Part shown: piece after piece, positions 1 to 12,643 of the stretch
How positions within the stretch are numbered: the first letter of the stretch is position 1
How the letters are laid out: every line of letters begins with the position of its first letter
Source of the DNA: Lama glama
Taxonomy: Eukaryota
Reading direction: 5' to 3'
DNA length: 64,000 nt
NCBI GenBank assembly: GCA_028534125.1
Contig: CM052816.1
Coordinates: forward strand, 79,548,001-79,612,000
Program-made: the position numbers and the translations under genes
Notes under the pieces: model-generated
Told to the model about the DNA's origin: nothing
Databases searched by the model: none
What the model saw: only the letters and a program-made list of their open reading frames with translations

Positions 1-79
1 AAAATATTTCTCAGAGAAAAGGACATTTAAGTCAAAGCCTCAAGGATAAACAAGACTTAGCCACATGTAGCAGCTGCAT

Positions 80-485
80 CAGTGCCCCAATCCTGTCCCT
101 TCACACTTAATTCCAGTGCCAGTGGCTTGACCTCCAACTGCCAGCATCTGCATCTCTTTCTCTGAGGGTTTTCTCAGGCGGCCAGAGTCCACTGTGTCCC
201 AGTGCAGCAGGCAAAAGTGCTGGGGAATTAACATCTCTCCACCCACAGAGTAAGACTCAAGTAAATGTGATGGGAGCTGACATATGAATTCACCAGCTTT
301 CTGGCCCCCGGGTGGGAAAATTCTGACACACACATTCTAGCCTGTTTTCCAGCATCCCCTGGTGGGAGTGAGCTGCATCTGTCCACAGCAGTGACCGGCT
401 CACCCATGTACCCTTATTGCCTTGTCCTTCTTTACCTCAGTCTCTTCATCCCCTACCTGTGTTTCCTGGGACAACCTCCCAAAGA
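80..485 (+). mobile_element. ERVL LTR16-like solo LTR fragment
   Basis: Motifs 'agtgctggggaattaac', 'cccttattgccttgtccttc' and 'tttcctgggacaacctcccaaa' resemble the LTR16 3' half (recalled consensus). Confidence 0.6.
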
Positions 486-582
486 TTTCCAGAATTTCTA
501 TTTAATCTTTTACAAAACCTTTTCTTGCCCATATCTTCTTCTTGTCTCTTCTAGTCCTTCTTTCATCTTAAAAACATTTAAA

Positions 583-1828
583 TTTTTCTTTTTTTGTATA
601 TACATATATGATATTGAAGTATAGTCAGTTTAAAATGTTGTGTCAATTTCTGGTGTACAGCATAATGTTTCAGTCATACATGAACATACATGTATTCATT
701 TTCATATTCTTTTTCACCATAAGTTACTAAAAGATACTGAATATAGTTCCCTGTGTTATCCAATATGAACTTGTTGTTTATCTATTATATATGTATGTTA
801 ATTAGTATCTGCAAATCTCCAACTCCCAGTTTATCCCTTCCCACCCCCTTCCCTTCCTGGTAACAATAAGTTTATTTTCTATGTCTGTGAGTGATATCAT
901 ATGGTATTTTTCTTTCTCTTTCTGGCTTACTTCACTTAGAATGACAATCACCAGATCCATCCATGTTGCTGCAGATTTCATTATTTTATTCTTTTTATGG
1001 CTGAGTAATATCCCATTGTATAAATATATCTCAGCTTCTTTACCCAGTCATTTGTTGATGGACATTTAGGTTGTTTCCATGTCTTGGCTGTTGTTTGTGC
1101 TGTTGTGAACATTGGGGTGCATGTATCTTTTTGATTTAGAGTTTCCTCCAGATATATGCCCAGGAGTGGGATTGCTGGGTCATATAGTAAATCTGTTTTA
1201 GTCTTTTGAGGAATCTCCATACTGTTTTCTGAAAAGGCTGCATCAAACCACATTCCCACCAACAGTGATGAAGGTTCCCTTTTCTCTACACTCTCTCCAA
1301 CATTTATCATTTGTGGACTTTTTAACGATGGCCATTTGGACTGGTGTGAGGTGATGACTCATTGTAATTTTGATTGCATTTCTCTGATAATTACTGATAT
1401 TGAGCCTTTTTTCATGTGCCTATTGGCCATTTGTGTGTCTTCATTGGAGAATTGCTTGTTTAGGTCTTTTGCCCACTTTGGATTGGGTTGTTTGTTTGTT
1501 TTTTTTTATTATTAAGTTCTATGAGCTGTTTATATATTCTGGAAATTAAACCCCTGTCAATCTCATCTTTTGCAGGTATTTTCTCCCATTCTATAAGTTG
1601 TCTTTTTGTTTTGCTTATGGTTTCCTTTGCTGTGTAAAAACTTATAAGTTGAATTAAGTCCCATTTGTTTATTTTTGCTTTAATTTCTATTGCCTGGGGA
1701 GACTGCCCTAGGAGAACATTGCTAAGATTTATGTCACAGAATGTTTTGCCTATGTTTTCTTTTCAGAGGTTTATAGTGTCTTATCCTATGTTTAAGTCTT
1801 TAAGCCATTTTGAGTATATTTTTGTATG
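583..1828 (-). mobile_element. 5'-truncated LINE-1 (ORF2 C-terminus plus 3' UTR), camelid-type
   Basis: T-tract at 583-595. The minus ORF 981-1310 encodes YDPAIPLLGIY...TAKTWKQPKCPSTNDW (L1 ORF2p C-terminus). The 3' UTR is homologous to the other L1 copies in the window. Confidence 0.95.
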
Positions 1829-2729
1829 CTTATTTGAAGTCTCTTTTAGAATGCTTAAACGTTTTAGTTCTTCGGGTGCAAACGCTCCCATTTTTCCATC
1901 TGCTGTTTATTCTTCAGAGGGATTTGTTCCCTTGAACCGTCTGTTATGTCCATGACACAGACCCCAAGGGAGCCTGCGTTTGGTAGGCAGTTTGTGTGCC
2001 TGGGGCTGTGGATGTTTCTCTCCACAATCATTTGTTTAGTTTTGTTTGTTCTGACTCCCCTAGCTTCCAGGGGTGCACCAGATACATATTAGTTTTTATG
2101 TGAAAAGCCCAAGCTTCCAAATTATTTTTCATGGCTTGCTCTTTCTCTTCCAAAGGCTGAAATCTTTCAGCTGATGACAGATTTCTTGGCCTCCCCCCAA
2201 GGCTGGGGTGAAGCGCATTTTTCTACTTCCCTTTTCTAGTAATAGCCCAGCCATTTAGAGAGCCAGGAATGGCTAGTTTCAGACTTGATGGCTCCACATT
2301 CAAAGGATTTGTGGCTGGGCCCCCTCCCCCAGTGCCACCCACAGGAAACTGAACCCCAACAGCAGCCATTAAGGCTGTGTCCCAACCACTAGTCCATTCT
2401 TTCAGATTTAGCTCCCACCAGCTACACTTCCTTTGACGTCCTTGTTTGTTTGGGGGAAATTCTCTCTCAGTTCACTGCTTGGCTATGTATCCAAGAGTTC
2501 TAAGACTGAGTTAATTAAAACCCTCTCCTCATTCAATTATAAACATGAATCTGTTTTTATTTGTTCAGTAACTAGCTAGTTCTCTTTCCCACTGGGTAGG
2601 TTTCCAGATACGGGGTAACAAATTGTTGCAATCGATCTGATGTCATGGCATTTCAGTTAATAAAGCAGTCTCATTTTGGTTGATTCTGAATGTTTTCCAT
2701 TGTAAAATTATAATCTCACATTACACTCA

Positions 2730-2897
2730 AAGCTCTCACCAGCTTACAAGGGTCTACTGGGTGCCTCTCTTCCCAACTCCAAGCAGAGTGACATATGTTG
2801 AAACTTGAAATTGACCACGATGGGAGTGATTACAAATCACACTGCCCCCTGGCCTCCCAAAGAACCAGTTGTTAAACATTTACCAGCACACCACTGC
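2730..2897. mobile_element. MER63-like hAT DNA transposon fossil
   Basis: Ends in 'gttgttaaacatttaccagcacaccactg', matching the recalled MER63 terminus. Confidence 0.6.
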
Positions 2898-3412
2898 CCC
2901 TTCCTCTCAAGGCTAAAGGTGTGGGTCCATCCACTACCACAGTTTGTGTATGTTGCAGGGGAAGGGGATGTTGGGGAGTGGGGTGGGAGTGAGGGTAGGA
3001 AGGGAGAAGGACTATGGTCCCTTATTGTTCACCCCTGACTCTCCTCTGGTTAACACTCTGCAGTGGGTACTGGAGAGGGACCGGCCATTGCAAGTTGACT
3101 TTACTCTTCTATGCTACAATTTATGTCTTTTATGTAAACTCCCACATTTGTGGTCATAAATTTACTATCCCACTTCTGTTGAGCATCACTACTGACCTAG
3201 GCCACTGTCTATGTCTCAGGAGAGTGAGACCCAACAGCCCCTAGTTACAAGATACAATCCCAAATGGCTTCCCACCAAGGACTGCTGGACTTTTTGACAC
3301 CAGGTTACATATTCCGATTGATTCCCAGCTGACTGCATTGCACCTCCATTCCTCTGATACATGCATCTCTTTGCCCCATGATGGAGAGACCCCAATAAGC
3401 AAGCAGCCATCA

Positions 3413-3949
3413 TGTAACCAAGCAGAACCCTATTGTCATTATCGGTGATCATCTGATATCTGTAATGGTGTTTGTAACTGCTTAACGGTAAAACAGTTTA
3501 AAGGGTTTTTCTCATGCTCTTGCTGATCAGGTTTAGGCTGTCCCCGGGACAAAGGATTCCTGGAGTAACAAAACACAAAAAATTCTAAGAGACTAAAAAT
3601 AATTGTGTGCATGCGCAGTTGGGGCAGATTATGAACAAAAAGATTTAAGAAGACCAAAAACCCAACTGCCACTTCTGAGATGTTGGGAGAAAAAGCAGGG
3701 GACTGAGCATGATCTCTGCACACAGCACCACCAAGGGGGTGGGTAGCCTGACCCCTGGACCCACCCCTACCCTCACCCCATTTAAGGGACCAGCTCACCG
3801 CTCTCCGTAAGAGCGAGCAAGGGAACCTGTTACTTGTTGCCGCTCCCTCTGCTACAGCCTGAATCCCAGTAAAGCTTGACCTGAACTTCTTGTCTGGCCT
3901 CTTATCAATTTCTATTGATTTAGGAGACCAAGAACACTGGTTGGTAACA
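3413..3949 (+). mobile_element. ERV1-class solo LTR (MER41-like, laurasiatherian type)
   Basis: Begins tgtaacc and ends ggtaaca (TG...CA with an imperfect inverted terminus). It has a TATA-like 'tttaag' near 3781, an 'agtaaa' poly(A)-like signal near 3868, and a typical U5 'cttatcaatttctattgatt'. No clean TSD is visible. Confidence 0.75.
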
Positions 3950-4334
3950 ATTCCACATGGAAAAAAAAAAGTTACTCTTCACACTTCTCTTACCCAACCC
4001 TAACACACGAATGAGAAAACAGATTAATTATGTATAATGAATTTAAATGCCCCTGAAGATTTCTTAAAAGGAAATCATGGTGGTGGCTTTGAACTAAATA
4101 ATGAATAGGAAATCCAATAGGAAAATAGTGGATTCTGTACAGACATCAAATCACATTATGTAAAATAAAAGTGAAGACAAGATAATAAGCAAAAGAGTCC
4201 CGAAGCCTTTTATACTATTAGCAAAAGTGTCCAGGGCACGTCAAAGAGGCAGCTTTGGTTTCATAAGCTTGGGTCAGTGGAATGAAACAGCATGTGTGCT
4301 TCATAGGATGACGGTTTGATTTTTAAGATATGAT

Positions 4335-4715
4335 TGTATTATTTAGGATAACGCTAGTTTTTACAGCAGATAAAGCCAGAAATGTATCACAAGCAAAAAA
4401 CAGTTATTAGGTGGGCGAACGGAGGTCGGTTGAAAGTCTTCTACGCAACCATTCAGAGATGGAGGATGACCGAAGGTCTGTCGCCATCAACAGGCTGTTT
4501 CCAGGGTCATCCTGGCACTCTTCTCTGACCTAACCAGGAGGGAAAGGAGGCGTATGGAGATGCCCTTATGATGGTCCTGGCCTGTGAGTGGGACTTATTT
4601 CCATCCTTATTCCCTCGCTAAAGGTCAGTCCCAAGGACACACCTAAAAGCAAGGGAAAGTGAGATACACTCTCTTGCCCAAAAAGAACATGAATTTGATA
4701 AGCAGCAAGCATCAA
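4335..4715 (-). mobile_element. Old MaLR LTR (MLT1J/K-like)
   Basis: Degenerate similarity to MLT1J/K antisense ('ccattcagagatggaggatgac', 'ggtcagtcccaaggacacacctaaaagcaaggga'). Confidence 0.5.
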
Positions 4716-5023
4716 TCAGGGTAAAACAGAATTACTTCCTCTGTAGGTTGTTCAGAACAGAATAGCTCTTCATCTGACTGAAGCAGTGCGTGTGCAGTGC
4801 AGCCTCGGGCACAAGCATAGACTTCACCAAATGGTCTCTGAAGGACCCTTCAAGTCCTCTAATTTTTGGAAAGGTACTTATATTTTTGTTTTAAGAAAGA
4901 AAGAACTCATGGAAGAGGTACGTGTGTAAAGGAGAATGAATGGAGCAATTAGGAAATTACACAGAGTCTTATGTTGACAGGTAACATGGAAGGAAGCAAG
5001 TTATAGGGGAAACTACAGCAAAT

Positions 5024-5113
5024 GGGAGGGAGGGAGGAGGGGGAGAGAGGGAAGCGGGGGGGAGAGGAGGAAGGAGGGGGAGGGGGAAGGAGGGGGAGGG
5101 GGAAGGGGGAGAA
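5024..5113 (+). repeat. G-rich polypurine tract with G-quadruplex potential
   Basis: About 90 nt of G/A with a single C and many G3-G7 runs. Confidence 0.9.
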
Positions 5114-6892
5114 TGCTCTTAGTTTTCTATGAAATGCTGAGAAAAGTGTCAAAACAAAAATGAACAGTGTTCATTAAACAGTGTTCTTAAAAGTTTAGAG
5201 AAAACATCACAGTACATTCAGTGTCACTTGTTCCTAACTCTCTAAACTTCATGGGCAAAAAAAGTTATAAATACAAACATGCAGACTCACTCTTAGGAAG
5301 CCTTTGCCACACCAGCCTCAGGGCTACCTTGGGTGACCAGTAAGTCAGAGCTGATATAATTTTAACATAATATTTACACTTTGCTAATATGTACTGAAGC
5401 CACCTGCTTATTGTGCCAATTTGAGAGGTTTTCTTAATAATGCTTTTATTTGATTTTGATTGCTTTTTCCTCTCTCTCTTTCCCTCTCTCTGTCTGGAGT
5501 CTAGGTCAAACAAGACATGCTGTAGTTTTTTAAAAAGATTAGCTCTGTTAAAGAGTTTGAGGTTTTTAACTTGAAAAAACAAAACAAAAACATAAATCTT
5601 GTAAGAATAGTTCTGCATGAGACTTCTGAGCCTGCCCATATCCTCATGTGATTGGAACATTTAAATGATGATGCCAAAGCCACACATGACCTCAGTAACC
5701 AAGATCAAGCAAAGCTGCCGATTCATGCTTTTTGATTTCTTCTAAACAGGTGTCTATCATGTCTACAGCTGCCCAGATGGAAAAGTACTTTAGAACTTCA
5801 TCTGTTACTTGGTTTTTTGTTAGGCTGGCGTCAAAATGGCATGTTCCAATGGGATTGGGATGGACTTTTAAGTCACCGTTTAGAAGATTGTTCACTAGTA
5901 TTTTGTAAATTTCCTTTTCATTGGAGCAGCCAATGTCAGTGACTGAACTTCAGTCTTATGGCCCGAACATTATCTGAAATCTACAGAATCCACAAAACTA
6001 ATTTTGGTTCCTCCTATAAGAAGAAAGTAAAATGCAAGACAGAAACTTCAGGAGGACAATTCTTTCCATCCCCATCTGGTTCAAAGTAGCTCACCTAACC
6101 TCTGCCTTTTGTTTTGGACAATGGTAGCCAATGGAGTCAAAATTAATGTCTTAGTATCATGACTTGGCTAAACTTCATGTAACTTTTACCTTAATTATTT
6201 TGTAGTAATGGCTTAAGTTAGGCTGTTCACTGAAGACATAAAAAAAACAGCATGGAAAGGACTACATGCTGTTGGCTACTAACGACTGAAGAACAGTCCC
6301 ACAAAAGTTGAAAAAGGGTGGAGAAATGCCATTCAGACACAGACAATTTATTATAACATAGGTATGTTATAGTCTGGGGACTGTGGCAAAGGATATTATT
6401 GACATATGGATAAGCCATGTGAAAAATCAAATCATCACTGACATTAGCGATAGTTCCTTAAAACATAAAAAAAAAAAGGTTTAATTGTCACATTTCATTT
6501 GTAGATTCATATTACAAGCAGTTATTCAATAGTAAAGCTTTTGTTTGGACTGAATTTTTCTTCTTACAGAAAACCTTCTCATAGAAGGTTTACAGAAGAA
6601 ATGTCTTTGCTCACCCTTAAAAGTGGGAAATGAATAAGGTTTGTGAATTAGGTATGATCGTGTCAGTTGTTCTTTTGAACCGAGATAGGTGTAGTCTCAT
6701 AAGTACATGTCTGGACCTATGGTCTTTTCCACATGTTCCTAGACTGTAAGGCCCAGCAAAGATCAATTGAGAAAACAAATCATTTTTCTTCACCTTATTG
6801 ATTTGAGTTTTATAAAGATAGGGGGTTGAGAGTTGCTTTTTTTGGTTTGGTGTAATTTTCATGATGTTAAAATAAGGTGCCATTAGAGGAGG

Positions 6893-7377
6893 ATGCAGAA
6901 GGCAGAATGATCGCCCCTCAAAGTTGTCCACGTTCTAATCCCCGGAATCTATGACTATGTTAGGTTATACAGCAAAGGGGAATTAAGAGATGCAGATGGA
7001 ATTACAGGTGCTAAGTAGCTGACTTTAAAATAGAGAGATTATCCTGGATTATTTGGATGGGCCCAGTGTAAGCATAGGGGTCCTTAAAAGTCCAAGAGGG
7101 AGACAGAAAAGGAAGTTAAGTCAATGTGTGAGAAGTGCTCAACCCACTGATGCTGGCTCTACGCACAGAGGAAAGAAACCATGACTCGAGAATCAGGGCA
7201 GCCTCTGGCAGCTGTAACAGCCTCTCCAGAGCCCCCAGAAGGGAATGCAGCCCTACTGACACTTTCATTTTAGCCCATGAAGACCACTGTGGGAGTTCTG
7301 AGAAACAATAAATTTGTGCTGCTTTAAACCATTAATTTTGAGCTAATTTGTAATGGCAGCAAAAGGAAACTAATCCA
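6893..7377 (+). mobile_element. MaLR LTR, MLT1D-like
   Basis: Contains 'gtccacgttctaatccccggaatc', 'gagagattatcctggattat' and 'aataaatttgtgctgctttaa...ggcagcaaaaggaaactaatcca'. Confidence 0.85.
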
Positions 7378-7589
7378 AACTTTATCAGGGTGTGATAGAA
7401 CATCAATACTTGGGAAAAAAATAGATTCTAACCACAGAATAGACTGAGGGAGCACAGCTAAACTTCATACCATTCTTCAATACTGCATAAAATATCACAA
7501 GCCTTTAAAAACATATATAAGCTTTAATGGAAGGAAAATAAAATCCAATGAGGGAAGAAATAAAGAGAGAATTTAAAACCATAGGGACA

Positions 7590-7975
7590 GTAAGACAGAA
7601 AGAGAAAGATAAATACCATGTGATATCACATATATGGAGTCTTAAAATAAAGGATACAGGTAAACTTATTTACAAAACAGAAACAGACTCACAAACATAG
7701 AAAACAAACTTACGGCTATCAGGGGGTAAAGGGTATGGGGAAGGATACATTGGGAGTTTGGGATTTGTAGATACTAACTATTGTATATAAAATAGATAAA
7801 CAACAAGGTCCTACTGTATAGCCCAAGGAATTATAATCAATACCATGTAATGGTCTATAACAAAAAAGACTATGAAAAGAATATGTATATATGAATCTCT
7901 ATACTGTACACAGAAATTCACACAACATTGTAAATTGACTATACTTCAATTTTAAAAAATAAATAAAATAAAACT
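7590..7975 (+). mobile_element. L1 3' UTR fragment with A-tail
   Basis: Contains 'aaacttatttacaaaacagaaacagactcac', 'gggagtttgggatttgtagatac' and 'gactatacttcaat' followed by an A-rich tail. Confidence 0.93.
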
Positions 7976-8351
7976 AAGGGGAAAAAACCCATAACTGGTG
8001 AAGTTTTGAGCCAGATACAAGTATTCTACTAGTAGCAGGAATAAAATGTTCCAGGAGAAAAGAGAAGGGAGAAGTGCGTTACACCTTGAGTACACAAGGG
8101 AGACTTACGTACTCCCTTGACGTGTGAAGTGGGCCCAGAAAGGGGAGAGGAATTTCATCAATTTCATGAGGGAAGACAGAACGGCACTGGAGCCAGAGAC
8201 CAAAGACATCTGGCATGAGAGTGGAAGGTGTGTTCCAGAAACAACGTGTGCTTTCAGTAGGGTGACCTACAAATTTAAAGGGAAGAGTCGACTGTGTCCA
8301 GATTCTGCAAAGTCTTAGATATCTTTCTAAAACGTTTTCACTCTTTTACAA

Positions 8352-8748
8352 GCCAAAGGTCACAAACTAGAGGCCTGCTGATGTGTTTCAGTTGGCTCTC
8401 ATAATATTTTTGTGTGTTTTAGGGGGTTTTGGCTTTTATTTTGTTTGTAATTTGAGTTCCAAAATTAAAAACCTTTTAAAAATTGGAAAAAGAAACAAAA
8501 TTCTAGCTTCACTTGGGAGAAAAACAACCACCCCCCACACACACACAAACCACACCCCACTAAAATAGATGATTTGACCATATTAGGCCTCACTTGACCA
8601 CAAATGGTTAAAGTAGCTTCTGATGCTTTAGTCTAGGCCCGTTCTCACCAGTTCACCACAATTTTCAAGTTGTACAGTGCCTGCCCACTTCACAAATATT
8701 TGTTGTACCTGCTGAACTTCCATGGGCATTTATTTTTTCAACTTCTGC
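8352..8748 (+). mobile_element. MER102-like hAT-Charlie fossil
   Basis: Start 'aggtcacaaactagaggcctg...gatgtgtttcagttggc' and end 'cccacttcac...gggcatttattttttcaacttctg' resemble the MER102 termini. Confidence 0.5.
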
Positions 8749-9429
8749 TGTGGGCAGGTGGTAACCATTGAAGGATTTTAAGATCAGATCGTAATTTGGA
8801 AGGAAAACCCTAGTGGCAAATTTAAGATACCATCTGCCTTCTGATGGTACATCATGTGGACTTTTGTCATCACCCTTAACGACATTGGGCTAAAGTGATG
8901 TATTTTGGTATTTGTTTTCCCTGCTAGACAGTGAACTCTTATGAAGGATCAGAGATGTTTCTTATTCACCCATGATTCTCTGTCACCTAGTGTCCCGTTT
9001 GGCACAAGTAGCAGATACTGCATGAAAGCTAAGGATGGGTGGGACCCCAGAGGCAGAGATGGGTAGGGAGACCATGAAAGTCTTCCTCAGGAAAATAGGA
9101 TAAAGGCTTGTATTAGGATGGATCAATGACCATAGTAAGAAGGATGTATTTGTCAAAGATATTTAGAAAAAAATAATTAATTTGATTTGGCAACTGATTG
9201 GCTATGGGGGGGTGAAGAAAAAAAGGAATTAAAAAATAATTTGCTCTGAGATTAAGGTCACATCATGTGGGATAAGTTCTCATGATGGACAGCTCACCAA
9301 TCTAAAGAGAATGACTGTCTCATCCAAAGGCTTGAGCCTCTTCTATTCCACTGAGCATTTGGTACAAAGTGTGCCTACTAAGAAGCAATAGAAGAGCTTA
9401 GCGGGCATGACCAGAAAGACATGGAAAAC

Positions 9430-9570
9430 ATCCTGAGATGCTGATCATGTTTTATTTCTTGATGCAGGTGCTGGTCACACAAATGTGTATAGTTTCTCAA
9501 ATTTTATTGAGTTGTGTATATATGATTTGTCTATTTTTTGTTTGTTTGTTATACCTCAATAAAGTTTGCA
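9430..9570 (+). mobile_element. Old L1 (L1MC/ME-like) 3' end
   Basis: Reads 'tgttttatttcttgatgcaggtgctggtcacac...gttatacctcaataaag'. Confidence 0.65.
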
Positions 9571-9829
9571 TTACCAGTAAAAAGTTTATTTCTGGGAAAA
9601 TGACCATGTAAATCATAAGTTAAAGGGTAATACTCAGTCACATCTTTGACTGATTGGGTGTTAGTCCTAAATTTGCTCATAGAATGTAAAAGACGTATCT
9701 TTGATTATTTGATTCAAATTGATTTTAATTTTATAGTTGAGAATGTGCTTTTTATCTCCCCCACTCCCACCCACCACCAAAAAAAGAAAGAAAAAGAAAA
9801 AGAGAAGCTAGAAGCTAGAAATTGGAAGA

Positions 9830-9990
9830 TTTGGACTGGTCAAGACTTAATTCATCCTCTTCCTATGTGTGGCTTCGAGCAGACAACTTACCTTGTCTGA
9901 TGTTCAGTTTCCTTGTCTGTAAAATAATGATCACATCATAACACACTAATCTATTTATATGGTTGTGTGAGGATGAAGTACTTCGTAAAT
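9830..9990 (+). mobile_element. MIR SINE fragment
   Basis: Core motif 'ttcagtttccttgtctgtaaaat...ggttgtgtgaggatgaag'. Confidence 0.7.
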
Positions 9991-10380
9991 CATGTTCTAT
10001 TATTCAAATATAAATTATGTGCCAAGTGTTCTGTTAGTTCTTAGGGATGCAAGGAGGAATAAGGCGTGGAGGTAAATAGTTTTAAAGAGGTTGTGATTTT
10101 TTTAAATGTAGCCAAATAAAATATGCCAACATTTAAACATGAAGATGAAAACAAGGATATTTAACTATGTTTTCATTCAACATTTTCTTGGAATTCTTTC
10201 TAGAAGACTAATATTGCAAACTAATACTTTGCAGCCTAGGATCACAAAGCGTAGGCTAACTCAGATTCCTTGGCAGATGTCTGTATTTCCTGATTCTTTA
10301 AACTTGTTAACTGAGGTATAAATTGATGTTAATATTACTGGATGATTGTGTAAATTAATTTGAAAAAGTGTGTTTAATTT

Positions 10381-10670
10381 TATTTACAGACCAGAAATTG
10401 ACTCATGGACATAGAAAACCAACTGTGGTTACTGGGGGTGGGGGGAAGGGGTGGATAGATTAGGAGTTTGGGATTAATAGATACACATTACTAAATATAA
10501 AATAATAAACAACAAGGGCCTACTGTATAGCACAGGGAACTATAATGAACTGTAATGGAAAAGAATCTGAAAAAAAGCCATATATATTTATACATATGTA
10601 TAACTGAATTGCTTTGCTATACACCTGTTGTAAATCAAAGACACTTCAATAAAAAATAAGAATTAAAAAA
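10381..10670 (+). mobile_element. L1 3' UTR fragment
   Basis: Reads 'ggagtttgggattaatagatacac...ctactgtatagcacagggaactata...acttcaataaaaa'. Confidence 0.92.
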
Positions 10671-10729
10671 GGGGAGTGCTGAATAACACCAATAAAAAAT
10701 AAGAATTAAAAAAGGGGAGTGTCGAATAA
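10647..10729 (+). repeat. Tandem duplication, period 43 bp, spanning the L1 tail and flank
   Basis: 'caataaaaaataagaattaaaaaaggggagtg(ct/tc)gaataa' occurs at 10647 and at 10690. Confidence 0.95.
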
Positions 10730-12096
10730 ACATAAATACATTTTAAGTCTGTTTTACCTAGATCCTTCCAACCTCAAAGAGATCCTCACCTGTGACAGCC
10801 ACTGTACTACATACCTGGCAATTCTGTGACACTGGAAAATTCCAGCGGGAAAAAAAGTTTGAAATAAGCAATAATAATGCTATCAAATTCAGTCTGAATA
10901 CATGTAGGTACTTAGATCACTTCCCTGGTCGTCTCTCTACCCTCTTCCATAGATAATACACAAATACATCAAAATCCACTTAGTGGGAGAGAGTCTCTGA
11001 TAATAACGTGTTATATTGCTTCAGCAATTATATCAGGAGTGAGAGCTGCTTAATTTCAAACAACTGGTCCATTTGAGGCTGCAGATAAAAATGACATCAA
11101 GGAAGAGTTGGGTTATCATGCTACCAGATCCTGAGTGTATCCACTCAGCTAAATGCACCAAGTCACTTTTTAATTTACACTTGAAAAATAAGTTTTAGTT
11201 TATTGAGCCACAGAGAACTTCACATTATTTGGGAATAAAATTGAAAACAAAGCTAGGAAAGTAACCCTACCAGTGTTTGAATTTGCATACCCAGATTCAC
11301 ATGGGAAGAATTAACTGGCCATTTCCCAAATATTAATATACAGGAAGGCTATGTGTCTGTTCATATGAAGGTATATCTTTAAAGTAAATGTTTAAAAAAT
11401 TCCAGAGGCATTAGAGACGTAGAATCTTTTGTCAAGGCCAAAACAAACCCTTTTGGTTTGGGAGTACAAAACACTTGGCATAGTTGACTATGATGGCCAC
11501 CAGTTTAAAGGGACAAAAGAGACTAGGAATCTATTGAACTAAAGTGCTTAACAAAATTCTGGTAACACTGTCGTATCAGAATACTTGCTGGGGAAAGAAA
11601 AGAGTTTCCATCAAAATCTGAATGGATGAATCCTTTTTTGCAGAAATAGTCCACTGACCAGGAAGCAAATTTCTTATCCAAGACACTTGTACGAAGACAT
11701 ATTAAATAAATGTCCCCTGGGCCTACTGGAAAAGGCTATCATAAATAAACGTCCAAAACAATACCAGTGGCAAAAACACCATCTGGTTTTTGTTCCTTCA
11801 CTCATTCCGCTATTTATTCCTTTCCTCTTTGATTAAGAGTGCCTTTTGCACATAGCCATGTGAGGAAGAACGGATGGGAGAACAGAAAAAGAAGGAAAGT
11901 GCTCCATCCACACAGTCTCGCGTGACGGATAACGGAGAAAGGTATTAGAAGAAGCGGACCAGTCAAGTGTATAACATCATATAATACAGAGTGAGACAGT
12001 GCAAGACAGAGCAGCCGGTGGGTATGATCCAGGCAATCTTCTCTGTAGGGACTGAGTTAGAGCTGGGGAAGATGAACTCTGTGGTGATGTGATGGC

Positions 12097-12643
12097 CCTG
12101 CTGGCTGTGGCATAATTTGCAGGACCTAGTACAAAATAAAAATGTGTCTCCTTGTTCAAAAAAGCAGGACAATGATATTTTCTTTTTTCCTGCAGTTCCT
12201 TCTCTGTCTCCATCTGACATGGTGCTTTTTAATTTGTTGTTGGTGTGGTGATTTCTCAGGCAGGGTAATCACAGGGTAACTATAGGCCCTCACAGGTGCC
12301 CAGGGCCCATCCTGCAACACAGCATGCAAAACATTTGTGCCCAGCCCACCCCTTTCCCCCTCTGCTGACCCGGAGCCCAGGATCCTGTGGTGGCAGGGGT
12401 GACAGTGGTCTCTGGGATGGGCGTGGAAGTTTTCAGCCAGAACCCATGGGATGCAGTGGGGAGGCTGTAAGAGGCAGGACCACTGGCACGTGCATTATTG
12501 ACCCACACCCCTTCACTCACAAAACACAAATTCAAACATAAAATTATTAAGAGTTTCCAGACTGAGCCTTAACCCTTATGCAAGTCCCTTCTCAGCTCAG
12601 GGCCCAATGCGACCACATGGTCACACAGCAGGAAGCCAGCCCT
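12097..12643 (-). mobile_element. MER45-family hAT-Tip100 fossil
   Basis: Left end 'cataatttgcaggacctagtacaaaataaaaatg' and right end 'gggcccaatgcgaccacatggtcacacagcaggaagccagccctg' match MER45 ends in reverse. Confidence 0.75.

Noticed and set aside
5730..5910. Plus-strand acceptor followed by a short ATG ORF (MSTAAQMEKY...)
   Set aside because: There is no convincing donor, no recognisable homology, and fewer than 60 codons.
10955..10990. 'cacaaatacatcaaaat', resembling the L1 5' UTR
   Set aside because: The match is too short and A-rich, with no extension and no TSD.
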